Assembly (NCBI GenBank): GCA_045532575.1
Contig: JAZSGE010000077.1
Coordinates: 1-61,906, forward strand
From: Eubacteriales bacterium
GTDB lineage: Bacteria > Bacillota > Clostridia > Oscillospirales > CAG-272
Direction: 5' to 3'
Length of the DNA stretch: 61,906 nt
Shown here: positions 17,012 through 25,550 of the stretch, one piece after another
Layout: each line of letters opens with the position of its first letter
Position numbering within the stretch: the stretch's first letter is position 1
Program-made: the position numbers and the translations under genes
The notes under the pieces: model-generated
The model's input: the letters and a program-made list of their open reading frames with translations, nothing else
What the model was told of the DNA's origin: nothing
Databases searched by the model: none

Positions 17012-17146
17012 AAAAATTGATGCAAGGCCGTGGAGGCGGACACTGCGAAGCCGTATATAACATACGGCGAGCACGGTTGTGTTCGACTCCGCGGCAAGAA
17101 AAAAGCGCTCACTTGCGTGAGCGCTTTTTTCGATTGCGCAAATTTT
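17012..17146. repeat. diverged copy of the AAAATTGATGC...GCGCAA(A)TTTT repeat family
   Basis: Same ends as the units at 27920-28154. Hairpin GCCGTAT-ATAAC-ATACGGC at 17050-17068. Carries the hairpin at 17098-17130. Confidence 0.5.
17098..17130. terminator. terminator-like hairpin inside the repeat insert
   Basis: AGCGCTCAC-TTGC-GTGAGCGCT, flanked by an A-run and a T-run. Confidence 0.5.
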
Positions 17147-17213
17147 GAGCAGAAATCGTCAATCGCGACCCGCAGGCGTACATAGCGTACGTCAAGGGGA
17201 GCGAGCGGCGATA

Positions 17214-17249
17214 GAAAAAAAGAGGTGGCTTTTGCCACCTCTTTTTTTC
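17214..17249 (-). terminator. rplL terminator
   Basis: AGAGGTGGC-TTTT-GCCACCTCT with flanking A/T runs, immediately after the rplL stop. Confidence 0.75.
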
Positions 17250-17264
17250 GGTTATGCCAAAATT
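17236..17264. repeat. direct repeat, proximal copy (rplL 3' flank)
   Basis: CACCTCTTTTTTTCGGTTATGCCAAAATT. Confidence 0.8.
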
Positions 17265-17643
17265 ACTTAATCTCGACCTCGGCACCGGCAGCCTTAAGCT
17301 CCTCGGCAACCTTCTCGGCCTCTTCCTTCGTGACGCCTTCCTTGACGGTCTTGGGAGCGCCCTCGACCATGTCCTTGGCCTCCTTCAGGCCGAGACCCGT
17401 GATGTTACGGATCGCCTTGATAACGTCAAGCTTCTTCTCGCCGAACGCCTTGAGGATGACGTCGAACTCGGTCTTCTCCTCAGCGGCGGGAGCGGCGGCA
17501 CCGGCAACAGCAGCACCGGCAACGGCAACGGGAGCGGCGCTGACGCCGAACTCCTCCTCGAGAGCCTTGACAAGGTCGGCAAGCTCGAGAATGGTAAGAG
17601 CCTTAACTTCTTCGAGAATCTGGGTGATCTTTTCGCTAGCCAT
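17263..17643 (-). CDS. rplL: 50S ribosomal protein L7/L12
   Basis: Sequence is typical: [20 protein letters not shown] ... [19 protein letters not shown]. Confidence 0.95.
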   Translation of the reverse strand: MASEKITQILEEVKALTILELADLVKALEEEFGVSAAPVAVAGAAVAGAAAPAAEEKTEFDVILKAFGEKKLDVIKAIRNITGLGLKEAKDMVEGAPKTVKEGVTKEEAEKVAEELKAAGAEVEIK

Positions 17644-17722
17644 GATAAATAACCTCCGATTAAATCGTTCTTTCTTTTTGTTTTTTGTTTTTTTGGTTGG
17701 TTACGCTACGCGGAGCGTGGGA

Positions 17723-18238
17723 TTAGGCCTCGGCAGGAGCACCCTCGGTGTCCTTGTCGATCTTGGCCTGGAGAACGCGAGCAAAGCTGTAAAGGGGCGC
17801 CATCATGCTGCCGAGCATCTTCGCAATGAGAACCTCACGCGAGGGAATTTCGGCGAGAGCCATAACACCGTTCTGATCCAGAACCTCACCCTCAACGAAG
17901 CCTGCCTTGATCTCAAAGGTCTCCACCTTCTCGGCGTATTCCTTCATGATCTTCGCGGCGGCAACGGGATCGTCCTGGCTGACGGCCAGCGCGGTCATAC
18001 CGACGAGATGCTCCTTGAGAGCGCCGAAGCCGACCTCATCACAGGCGCGGCCCGTGATCGAGTTCTTCATGACGGCGTACTCAACACCCGCGGCGCGGAG
18101 AGCGGCGCGAAGCTTGGTATCGTCCTCGACGGTAATGCCTTCGTACTTCACAAGCACACCGGCAGATGCGGTACGCATCTTACCTGCCAGGGTTGCGACT
18201 GCTTCCTGCTTTGCGGCAAGAATCTTCTGACTGGGCAT
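17723..18238 (-). CDS. rplJ: 50S ribosomal protein L10
   Basis: Typical L10 sequence, directly upstream of rplL. Confidence 0.95.
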   Translation of the reverse strand: MPSQKILAAKQEAVATLAGKMRTASAGVLVKYEGITVEDDTKLRAALRAAGVEYAVMKNSITGRACDEVGFGALKEHLVGMTALAVSQDDPVAAAKIMKEYAEKVETFEIKAGFVEGEVLDQNGVMALAEIPSREVLIAKMLGSMMAPLYSFARVLQAKIDKDTEGAPAEA

Positions 18239-18390
18239 TTCATTTACCTCCGTATGAAATAAAAAATCCTTTTCCCGACGCCAACGCCGAAAGAAAAGGA
18301 ATCTACACCGCAGATGCGGGAATTTTCACATTTCACCTCGGCAGGATGGTGCACAGCACTTTTACGGGAACCTGCTGTCTTTGGATCAAC
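18239..18390 (-). promoter_or_regulatory. rplJ (L10) leader with attenuator-like terminator hairpin
   Basis: About 150-nt leader between the promoter and rplJ. Minus-strand hairpin TCCTTTT...AAAAGGA followed by TTTTTT at 18261-18301. Position matches the known L10 leader, but its structure was not verified. Confidence 0.5.
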
Positions 18391-18396
18391 ACGAGT

Positions 18397-18425
18397 ATTA
18401 TACACAAGTGGTGGCCGTTTGTCAA
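18397..18425 (-). promoter_or_regulatory. sigma-A promoter of rplJL
   Basis: Minus strand: TTGACA (18420-18425), 17-nt spacer, TATAAT (18397-18402). Confidence 0.65.
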
Positions 18426-18498
18426 TAGTTTTTTGAAAAAAATTTCCGGTTTCGAGGGTCAAGGGGGGAGAAAAGGGGGAGAAAGGCGGCGATTCCCC

Positions 18499-18527
18499 TT
18501 GCCACAAGGCAAAAACTGTGGTATAAT
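18499..18527 (+). promoter_or_regulatory. sigma-A promoter of the AEC transporter gene
   Basis: TTGCCA at 18499-18504, 17-nt spacer, TGG-TATAAT at 18519-18527. Confidence 0.55.
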
Positions 18528-18556
18528 ACGGTGTATTATTTTTTGAGGTGACACCG

Positions 18557-19543
18557 ATGGATACTATGATGACTGCCTTCTCGACAGTCGGAATGATGCT
18601 TCTTTATGCTCTGCCGGGCTTCCTCTTTATTAAGACGAAGCTGCTCTCCGCCCAATCGATCACGGCCTTTTCCAAGCTCTTGATGTACGTCTGTCAGCCG
18701 ATGATCATGATCTATACCATGACACGGGTCGATTTTACGCCCTCGCTGCTCGGCGAGATGGGGATCATTCTCGGGGTGACGTTCGCGCTGCACATCGCCA
18801 TGATCGCACTCTTCTGCCTTCTCTTCCGCAAGAAAATGGGCGATGCGCGCTACCGCATCTACACGCTCGGCACCTGCCTCGGTAATTACGGGTTTATGGG
18901 GATCCCGATCCTCAAGGCACTCCTGCCCACCTTCCCGAGCACGCTGGCGGTATCGGCAATGTGCGCCGTCTCGGTCAACGTCGTTGCCTGGACGGCGGGA
19001 TGCGCCGTCATCTCACAGGACCGGCGCTATATCAGCGCAAAAAAGATCTTTCTGAACCCGGCAACGGTCGGTCTTTACATTGCTCTTCCCTTCTTCTTCG
19101 CGAATATGACGCCGGGCGAGGTCATCACCGCGATGCTTGGTGACGGCTCGGTGCTCGGCATGAGCTTTGGCAAAAACGTGGACACGATGATCACGCTGCT
19201 CTCGGATATGGCGACACCGCTTTGCATGATCATTATGGGGATGCGCCTCGGCATCACCTCCTACCGCGCGGTCTTCGGGCGGCCGGCGCTCTATCTGATC
19301 ATCGCCATCAAGCAGCTGCTCCTTCCGCTTGCCACCTTCGGGCTCTTGCTTCTCCTGCCGCTCTCCTCCGAGCTTTCAAGGGCGCTCTACATTCTGATCG
19401 CCTGCCCGGTAGCCGCCATCGTCCAGAACTTCGCCGAGCTGCTCGGCGAGGGGCAGGAAACGGGCGCGGGCCTCGTCCTCCTGGGCACCACTCTCTCCGC
19501 CCTGACGATCCCCCTGATGGCGCTTCTTTTGCCCTTCCTTTGA
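18557..19543 (+). CDS. AEC (auxin efflux carrier) family transporter
   Basis: About 10 TM segments. N-terminus resembles AEC family members. GAGGTG RBS before the ATG at 18557. Confidence 0.75.
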   Translation: MDTMMTAFSTVGMMLLYALPGFLFIKTKLLSAQSITAFSKLLMYVCQPMIMIYTMTRVDFTPSLLGEMGIILGVTFALHIAMIALFCLLFRKKMGDARYRIYTLGTCLGNYGFMGIPILKALLPTFPSTLAVSAMCAVSVNVVAWTAGCAVISQDRRYISAKKIFLNPATVGLYIALPFFFANMTPGEVITAMLGDGSVLGMSFGKNVDTMITLLSDMATPLCMIIMGMRLGITSYRAVFGRPALYLIIAIKQLLLPLATFGLLLLLPLSSELSRALYILIACPVAAIVQNFAELLGEGQETGAGLVLLGTTLSALTIPLMALLLPFL

Positions 19544-19596
19544 ACCCGTATTCCGGGAAAAGGGAGCATCATGCCTTCATGGATTTCAAAAACAGC

Positions 19597-19627
19597 AAAA
19601 AACCTCTCAAAAATGAGAGGTTTTTTG
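19597..19627. terminator. bidirectional terminator
   Basis: AAAAAA-CCTCTCA-AAAA-TGAGAGG-TTTTTT between convergent genes. Confidence 0.75.
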
Positions 19628-19642
19628 TTCTATTCCTTGATT

Positions 19643-20293
19643 TTAGCCAAGAGAAACGATTATATCGTAGAGCTCGGAGGGCATAGCGGCAAGATAGGGG
19701 GTCCCGGCGGCCGAAAGCTCGCCTTCATCGCCATAGCCCCATAGGACGCCGAGAGGGGTGATGCCGACGGCGAGGGCGCCCTCGATATCAAAGCGGCGGT
19801 CGCCGACCATCACGGCCTCCGAGGGGTGGGTAGAAGTCCTTTCGAGGGCGTAGGCAAGGAGATCGGCCTTCTTGCCGCGCGTGCCGTCAAACTCGGCGCC
19901 GAAGACAGCGTCGAAATAGACATCAAGGCCGAAGTGCGCAAGGATGCGCTCAGCGTAGGGCCAGGGCTTGCCCGTTGCAAGGGCGAGGCGGTAGCCCTTG
20001 GCCTTTAAGGCGGCGAGGAGGGCGGGGATCCCGTCGTAGACGATATTTTCAAAGAGGCCGCGCTCGCCGTAATACTCGCGGTAGAGGGTGACGGCCCGTT
20101 TCGACTCGGCCTCGGGGAGTCCAAGGACGGTGTGGAAGCAATCGTAGAGCGGCGGACCGATGATCGCACGCGTCAGCTCGCCGGGGGAGGTGGGGTAGCC
20201 GAGCCGCGTCATGGCGTGGGCGGCGCCGGCATAAATGCCGGGGGCGGAATCGGTCAGGGTGCCGTCAAGATCGAAAAAGACGGTGGTCGGCAT
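19643..20293 (-). CDS. HAD-IA hydrolase (phosphoglycolate phosphatase-like)
   Basis: FFDLDGTLTDS motif I and VGDRRFDIEGA motif. Confidence 0.8.
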   Translation of the reverse strand: MPTTVFFDLDGTLTDSAPGIYAGAAHAMTRLGYPTSPGELTRAIIGPPLYDCFHTVLGLPEAESKRAVTLYREYYGERGLFENIVYDGIPALLAALKAKGYRLALATGKPWPYAERILAHFGLDVYFDAVFGAEFDGTRGKKADLLAYALERTSTHPSEAVMVGDRRFDIEGALAVGITPLGVLWGYGDEGELSAAGTPYLAAMPSELYDIIVSLG

Positions 20294-20380
20294 AGGGAGC
20301 CTCGCTTTCGCGGTTTAATTTTCTCTCATTCTACCACGGCGACAGGGGAAAGTCAAGCGACAGCTTGTCCTTGACAAACC

Positions 20381-20410
20381 GCCGCCCCTTACTCTATAAT
20401 AATACCATAG
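20381..20410 (+). promoter_or_regulatory. sigma-A promoter
   Basis: TTGACA at 20381-20386, 18-nt spacer, TATAAT at 20405-20410. Confidence 0.55.
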
Positions 20411-20433
20411 CTTATACGAAGGGAGTTGCACGC

Positions 20434-21501
20434 ATGAAGCTGATCCATACGGCTGACCTGCACCTTGGGGCACGGAGCACGGCGCATCTTACGCCCGAGC
20501 GGGCGCGCCTGCGGCGGCGCGAGCTGCTTGAGGGCTTTGCTCGCATTGCCGAGATCGCCGTCAGGGAAGGGGCCGAAGCCGTCCTTATTGCCGGGGATCT
20601 TTTCGACACGGCCCGCCCCTCGCGCGAGGCGGTCGAGTATGTGCTCGGCACGATCAAGAGGACGCCCGGCGTGCGCTTCCTCTGCCTGCCCGGCAACCAT
20701 GACGGCGGCCGCTTCCCCGAGGTCGAGATGCCCGAAAATCTGACCGTTTTCGGGACGGAATGGGGTTGCGTGAGCCTTAATGACGTTGACATATACGGCA
20801 TAGCGCCCGAGGGGGCGATCCCCTACGAGGCCCTGACCCCCGATGCCGAGCGAAAGAACATCGTGATGCTCCACGGCGAGCGGCGCGACGGCGGCAAGAA
20901 CGCCGCCGGGGCTGTGATCCTTTCGCGCCTTGCGGGGCGTGGGATCGATTACCTGGCGCTCGGGCATTACCACCGCTTCGGGACGGGGAGCCTTGACGGG
21001 CGCGGCGTGTACGCCTATTCGGGCACGCCCTCGCCCCACGGCTTTGACGAGGCTATCACGGGCGGCGTGGTCCTGATCGATACCGAGGTCTCTCCCGTCG
21101 AGCCGCGCTTTATCCCGCTCGGCTCTCGCCCGATCGAGATCCTCGAGGTAACGGTCGGGGAGGGGGACGATACGCGCACGATCGAGGAGCGCATCCTGCG
21201 CGCCTCGGAGGCGGTTTCGCCCGAGGCGATGCTCCGCGTGCTGCTTGTAGGGGCTCTTTCGCCCGAGGCGGCGCGCCCCGATACCGTCCTCCTTGCGCGT
21301 GCCCTTGGCGGCCGCTTCTTTTACGCCGAGGTGAAGGACAAGACGCGCCTTGCGGTCGACCCCCACGACTATGAGGGAACGATCTCCCTGAAGGGTGCCT
21401 TCTTGCGGCGGGTCATGGATTCCGCCCTCTCCCCCGAGGACAAGGAGGCCGTGATCGCGGCGGGCTTTGCCGCTCTGCGCGGCGAGGAGGTGGGCGAATG
21501 A
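20434..21501 (+). CDS. SbcD/YhaO-like metallophosphoesterase (DNA repair exonuclease)
   Basis: Intact motifs HTADLHLG, AGDLFD, PGNHD, MLHG and LGHYH. Confidence 0.8.
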   Translation: MKLIHTADLHLGARSTAHLTPERARLRRRELLEGFARIAEIAVREGAEAVLIAGDLFDTARPSREAVEYVLGTIKRTPGVRFLCLPGNHDGGRFPEVEMPENLTVFGTEWGCVSLNDVDIYGIAPEGAIPYEALTPDAERKNIVMLHGERRDGGKNAAGAVILSRLAGRGIDYLALGHYHRFGTGSLDGRGVYAYSGTPSPHGFDEAITGGVVLIDTEVSPVEPRFIPLGSRPIEILEVTVGEGDDTRTIEERILRASEAVSPEAMLRVLLVGALSPEAARPDTVLLARALGGRFFYAEVKDKTRLAVDPHDYEGTISLKGAFLRRVMDSALSPEDKEAVIAAGFAALRGEEVGE

Positions 21502-23732
21502 AGCTTATTTCCTGTTATATTGCCGCATTTGGCGGCATCAAGGACCGTGCGATCGGCTTTCGGGACGGGATCACCGAGATCCTCGAGCCGAACGGCGCCG
21601 GGAAGTCGACGCTGGCCGGCTTCCTGAAGGCGATGCTCTATGGGCTGTCGGGCGCCGGAAAAAAGACGATCGACGACAACGAGGTCAAGCTCTATACTCC
21701 CTTTGACGGGGGGCGCTTTGGCGGCTCGCTCACCTTCCTTGAGGGGGGGAGAGAGTACCGCATCGAGCGCTATTTTGAGAAAAAGGACGAGACCCTGCGC
21801 GTGATCGACACCGCGACGGGCGAGGAGACGAATGCCTTTGGCGAGGAGGTCGGGCGGGCGCTGTTCGGCGTGGATGCCGACTCCTTTATGCGCACCGTCT
21901 ACGAGACGCCGCGCCATCTGCCGAAGGGGGGCGCCGCTCCCCTCGGGATCACGGCAAAGCTCAACGATCTTTGCGGCGAGGTCTTCGATCTCGGACAATT
22001 CGAGGGAGCCGACCGCCTCCTTGATGAGGCGCGCACCGCCATCAAGCTGCGGCGCGGCAACGGGGGGCGGCTCTATGAGGCCGAGGAGCACCTCCGCACG
22101 CTGACGGCCACCATCCGCGAGGCCGAGGATTCCGAGGCGGCCGCCATCCGCGCAGAGGCGACGGCGGCAGACGCGGCGGCCGAGCTTGCAAAGCTCCGTC
22201 CCCTCTATGAGGAGGCTAAGGACGCCTTGATCGCCGCCGAGCAAAAGGCCGCCGAGGAGCGGCACAGAGAGGGCCTGCGCGTGGCCGCGACGGCCAAGCT
22301 CGCCCGTGAGGAGGCGAGGTGCCGTGAGATCGCCCACCACTTCCCCGAGGGGATGCCGACGGGCGAGGAGATCGCCGCTCTGACCGCCAAGGTCGCCGAG
22401 CGAAAGACGCTTGAGGCAAGCCTTGCGGAGGAGGAGACGGAAGAACGTCCTCTGCCTACCGACGGGGAGATCGCCTCGGTGCGTTCTCTCCTGCGCGAGC
22501 AGAGTGAAACGCAAAGTAAGATTTACGAAATTGAACAGATACCAAAGGAAGTCGTTAAGAAGGATGCTTGGTTCCTTCCAACGCTTGCCCTTCTCGGCGC
22601 CCTTCTTGTCGGCGGCATCCTGACCGCAATCGCGGCGCTTGCCGTCGGGCTTTCGCTCGTGGGAGCGGCGCTCCTTGGGGCTCTTTTAGTCTCCTTGCTT
22701 GAAGGAAAGCGGATGCAGAAGGAGCGCTCGCGGGTCGATGCGGCCGCCGCCGAGCGCGAGGCCTCTCTCACGGCGTTTGCCGTAAGGCTCAGGGCCACGG
22801 AGGCGGAGCTTCAGCGCTTCACGGCGGCGTACGGCCGTGGCGAGACCGACATCGAGGCTCTCCTTGCCGCCCTTGGCGAGGAGGCGGTCCTTTCGCGCCA
22901 TCGCCGCGAGGGGCGTGCACAGCGCGGGACGCGCCGTGCGGCCCTCGATGCCGAGATCGCCGCGGCGCTTGCCCACTTCCGCGATCTGCCCGAGGGCACC
23001 GAGGGGGCGCCGAGCCGCCTTACCGAGCTCATGACCGAATGGCGTGCCGCCGAGCGTGCCGCCGAGGACTGGCGGCGCGAGCTCGCTTCTCTGCCTGCAC
23101 CTACGCACAGAGAGAAGGATAAGGAGGCCATGCAGGCGCTCCGCCTGGCCGCAGGGACCCTGCGCACCGAGATCGAGCGAACCACCGAGACGATGGCCAC
23201 AGCCAAGGCCAATGCCGACAGCTACCGCCGCGCCTCCTTCGTTCTCGAGGAGGCGAGGGACGACTACGCCGCGACCGAGGAGAGGATCGCACAGCTTTCG
23301 CACCGCGTCAGGATCCTGGATACGGCGCGTCTCCTTCTGACCGAGGCCAAGCAGGAGCTTGAGGAGCGGCACCTTTCGGGTGTGCGCGCCTCCTTTGCCG
23401 ACTATCTCGCGGCCCTGCCGCCGACCGAGGGGCGTGCGCTCACGGTCGAGCGTGATCTTGACATTTCCTTCACCGAGCGCGGTGAGCGCCACAGCGGCGG
23501 CTATCTCAGCGCGGGGATGCAGGCCATGGCCGACATCTGCCTGCGGCTGGCCCTCTCGGACCGTCTCTACCCGACCTCGCCCCCGCCCCTGATCCTTGAC
23601 GATCCCTTTGTGATGCTGGACAGCGAGAATCTTCGTGCCGCGCGCGAGCTCCTCCTGCGGCTTAGCGCGGGGCGGCAGATCCTCTATATGACCTGCCATC
23701 CGTCGCGCTCGCTCGGGGTGGCGACTGAATAA
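21498..23732 (+). CDS. SbcC/YhaN-like AAA ATPase with coiled coils and a central hydrophobic hairpin
   Basis: ATGA overlap with the upstream gene. Walker A EPNGAGKST, signature-like YLSAGMQ, Walker B LILDDPF. Ala/Glu-rich coiled-coil regions. Confidence 0.8.
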   Translation: MKLISCYIAAFGGIKDRAIGFRDGITEILEPNGAGKSTLAGFLKAMLYGLSGAGKKTIDDNEVKLYTPFDGGRFGGSLTFLEGGREYRIERYFEKKDETLRVIDTATGEETNAFGEEVGRALFGVDADSFMRTVYETPRHLPKGGAAPLGITAKLNDLCGEVFDLGQFEGADRLLDEARTAIKLRRGNGGRLYEAEEHLRTLTATIREAEDSEAAAIRAEATAADAAAELAKLRPLYEEAKDALIAAEQKAAEERHREGLRVAATAKLAREEARCREIAHHFPEGMPTGEEIAALTAKVAERKTLEASLAEEETEERPLPTDGEIASVRSLLREQSETQSKIYEIEQIPKEVVKKDAWFLPTLALLGALLVGGILTAIAALAVGLSLVGAALLGALLVSLLEGKRMQKERSRVDAAAAEREASLTAFAVRLRATEAELQRFTAAYGRGETDIEALLAALGEEAVLSRHRREGRAQRGTRRAALDAEIAAALAHFRDLPEGTEGAPSRLTELMTEWRAAERAAEDWRRELASLPAPTHREKDKEAMQALRLAAGTLRTEIERTTETMATAKANADSYRRASFVLEEARDDYAATEERIAQLSHRVRILDTARLLLTEAKQELEERHLSGVRASFADYLAALPPTEGRALTVERDLDISFTERGERHSGGYLSAGMQAMADICLRLALSDRLYPTSPPPLILDDPFVMLDSENLRAARELLLRLSAGRQILYMTCHPSRSLGVATE

Positions 23733-23778
23733 CGCCCCGCCCCTTGGGCGAATACTTCAGAAAATGAAAGGAGTGCGT

Positions 23779-25527
23779 ATGGAGAAGCTATCCCTCTACC
23801 TCCGCGCGCGCGTTTCGGCCATCACGATGCGGACGGTGGTCCTGCGCCTGATCGCGGCGGTGGCCCTTGTGTCACTAGTCTCGATCCTGTGTCTGCCTTA
23901 TTCTTTTAAAAGTGAAGAATTCTTTACATCCATCCCCTTTGGCCTTTACTTTGTGCTTGTTGTGCTGGCGGCGCTCCTCTTTCTCTTTCTTCTGCCGCAG
24001 CGCGCCGAGGCGCCCGTGGTGCTCGGGCTGCTGACTGCCGTCTTCTTTCTCACGAATCTCGCCTCGCGCGACGTGCTCTTTGCCCTCGTTTCTGCGGCGG
24101 TCGTGGGGGGCTTTGTCTTCTACCTTGCGGAGGAGCTGCCCCTACCGCGCATCGGGCGGCGGACGGCCATCACGCTGACGGCGGTGCTCGGGGGCCTCCT
24201 TGCCCTCTTTGTGGGGGGACTGACGATCCTCAAGTATCTTGAATACTTAACACCGAATTTTGATTTCGGGATCTTCAGCCAGATGTATCACTATATGGCG
24301 AAGACCCTTATCCCCTACACGACCTGCGAGCGCGATATGCTCCTTTCGCACTTTACCGTCCACTTCTCGCCGATCCTGTATGCGGCGCTCCCCCTCTACG
24401 CCATCTTCCCGCATCCGGCGACCCTGCTTGCCGTGCAGGCACTCGTTGTCGGGAGTGGCGTGATCCCGCTCTATCTCCTCTCGCGCCACCTCGGGCTCTC
24501 CGAGCGAAAGACGGTCGGGGTGATCCTGCTGTACGTTCTGCACCCGACGGTGATCGCCAACAACTTTTATTACTTCCACGAGAATTGCTTCCTGACGGCG
24601 CTCCTTTTGTGGCTCTTCCTCTTTGTCGAGCGCGATCGGCCGATGCTTGTCGCCCTCTTCGCCCTCCTTGTGATGGCGGTCAAGGAGGATGCGCCGGTCT
24701 ACATCGTTTTCCTCGGCCTTTATCTGCTCTTGCGCCGTGGGCGGCGGCGGATGGGCGGCTGTCTCACCGCAGGGGCGCTCGCCTATTTCCTGACCGTGAC
24801 GGCACTGATGAAGGCCTACGGGCAGGGCGTGATGACCTACCGCTACGAGAACTTCCTCTTTGGCGAGGAGAGCTCGCTCTTTGCGGTGGTGCTCAATATT
24901 GTGAAAAATCCGGCCTACGCCTTCCATGAGATGCTGGATGCCGGCAAGCTCCTCTTCTTCCTTGCAATGCTCGTCCCTTTGGCCCTCCTGCCGCTGGCGG
25001 TCAAGAAGCCCGAAAGGCTCCTTCTGCTCGGTCCCTTCATCCTCGTCAATCTGCTGTCGGATTACGTGTATCAATACGACATCGGCTTCCAATACACCTA
25101 TGCCTCGGTAGCCTTCCTATTTTACCTCACGGTCCTGAACCTCGCCGAGCTTGACGGGCGCGTTGCCAAGCGGATGCTCCTGACAGCGATGGCGGCCTCC
25201 TGCCTCTTCTTCGGAGCGACGAACGCCTCGCGCCTCGGCACTGTGGCGGAATTCGCCGGTACGCGCGATACGACCGCGACGATCAGGGAGGCGCTTGCGA
25301 CCATTCCCGAGGAGGCCAGCGTGCGCGCCTCGACCTTCTTTGTGGCGCCGCTTTCGGAGCGTGACGAGATCTACGAATACGTCTATTCGGACGAGGAGAC
25401 CGACTATGTCGTCCTCGATCTGCGCTACGGGGACGAGGAGATGATCCGCTTCCTCGTCAGCGAGGATGGCTACCGCCGCATCCTCTACGAGGAGGATGTG
25501 ATCGCGATCTATGAAAGGATAAAATAA
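23779..25527 (+). CDS. DUF2079-like polytopic membrane protein
   Basis: AAAGGAG RBS 5 nt before the ATG at 23779. FDFGIFSQMYH motif and many TM segments. Confidence 0.65.
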   Translation: MEKLSLYLRARVSAITMRTVVLRLIAAVALVSLVSILCLPYSFKSEEFFTSIPFGLYFVLVVLAALLFLFLLPQRAEAPVVLGLLTAVFFLTNLASRDVLFALVSAAVVGGFVFYLAEELPLPRIGRRTAITLTAVLGGLLALFVGGLTILKYLEYLTPNFDFGIFSQMYHYMAKTLIPYTTCERDMLLSHFTVHFSPILYAALPLYAIFPHPATLLAVQALVVGSGVIPLYLLSRHLGLSERKTVGVILLYVLHPTVIANNFYYFHENCFLTALLLWLFLFVERDRPMLVALFALLVMAVKEDAPVYIVFLGLYLLLRRGRRRMGGCLTAGALAYFLTVTALMKAYGQGVMTYRYENFLFGEESSLFAVVLNIVKNPAYAFHEMLDAGKLLFFLAMLVPLALLPLAVKKPERLLLLGPFILVNLLSDYVYQYDIGFQYTYASVAFLFYLTVLNLAELDGRVAKRMLLTAMAASCLFFGATNASRLGTVAEFAGTRDTTATIREALATIPEEASVRASTFFVAPLSERDEIYEYVYSDEETDYVVLDLRYGDEEMIRFLVSEDGYRRILYEEDVIAIYERIK

Positions 25528-25550
25528 AAAAGCCCGCAAGGGCTTTTTTA
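25525..25550. terminator. bidirectional terminator
   Basis: AAAAA-AGCCC-GCAA-GGGCT-TTTTT between convergent genes. Confidence 0.7.

Noticed and set aside
20434-23732. Nuclease plus SMC-like ATPase pair as a phage-defence system (Lamassu/Wadjet-like)
   Set aside because: The architecture matches the conserved YhaO/YhaN (SbcD/SbcC-like) repair pair of Firmicutes. The flanking genes are housekeeping. I see no additional effector, no compositional anomaly and no mobile-element context.
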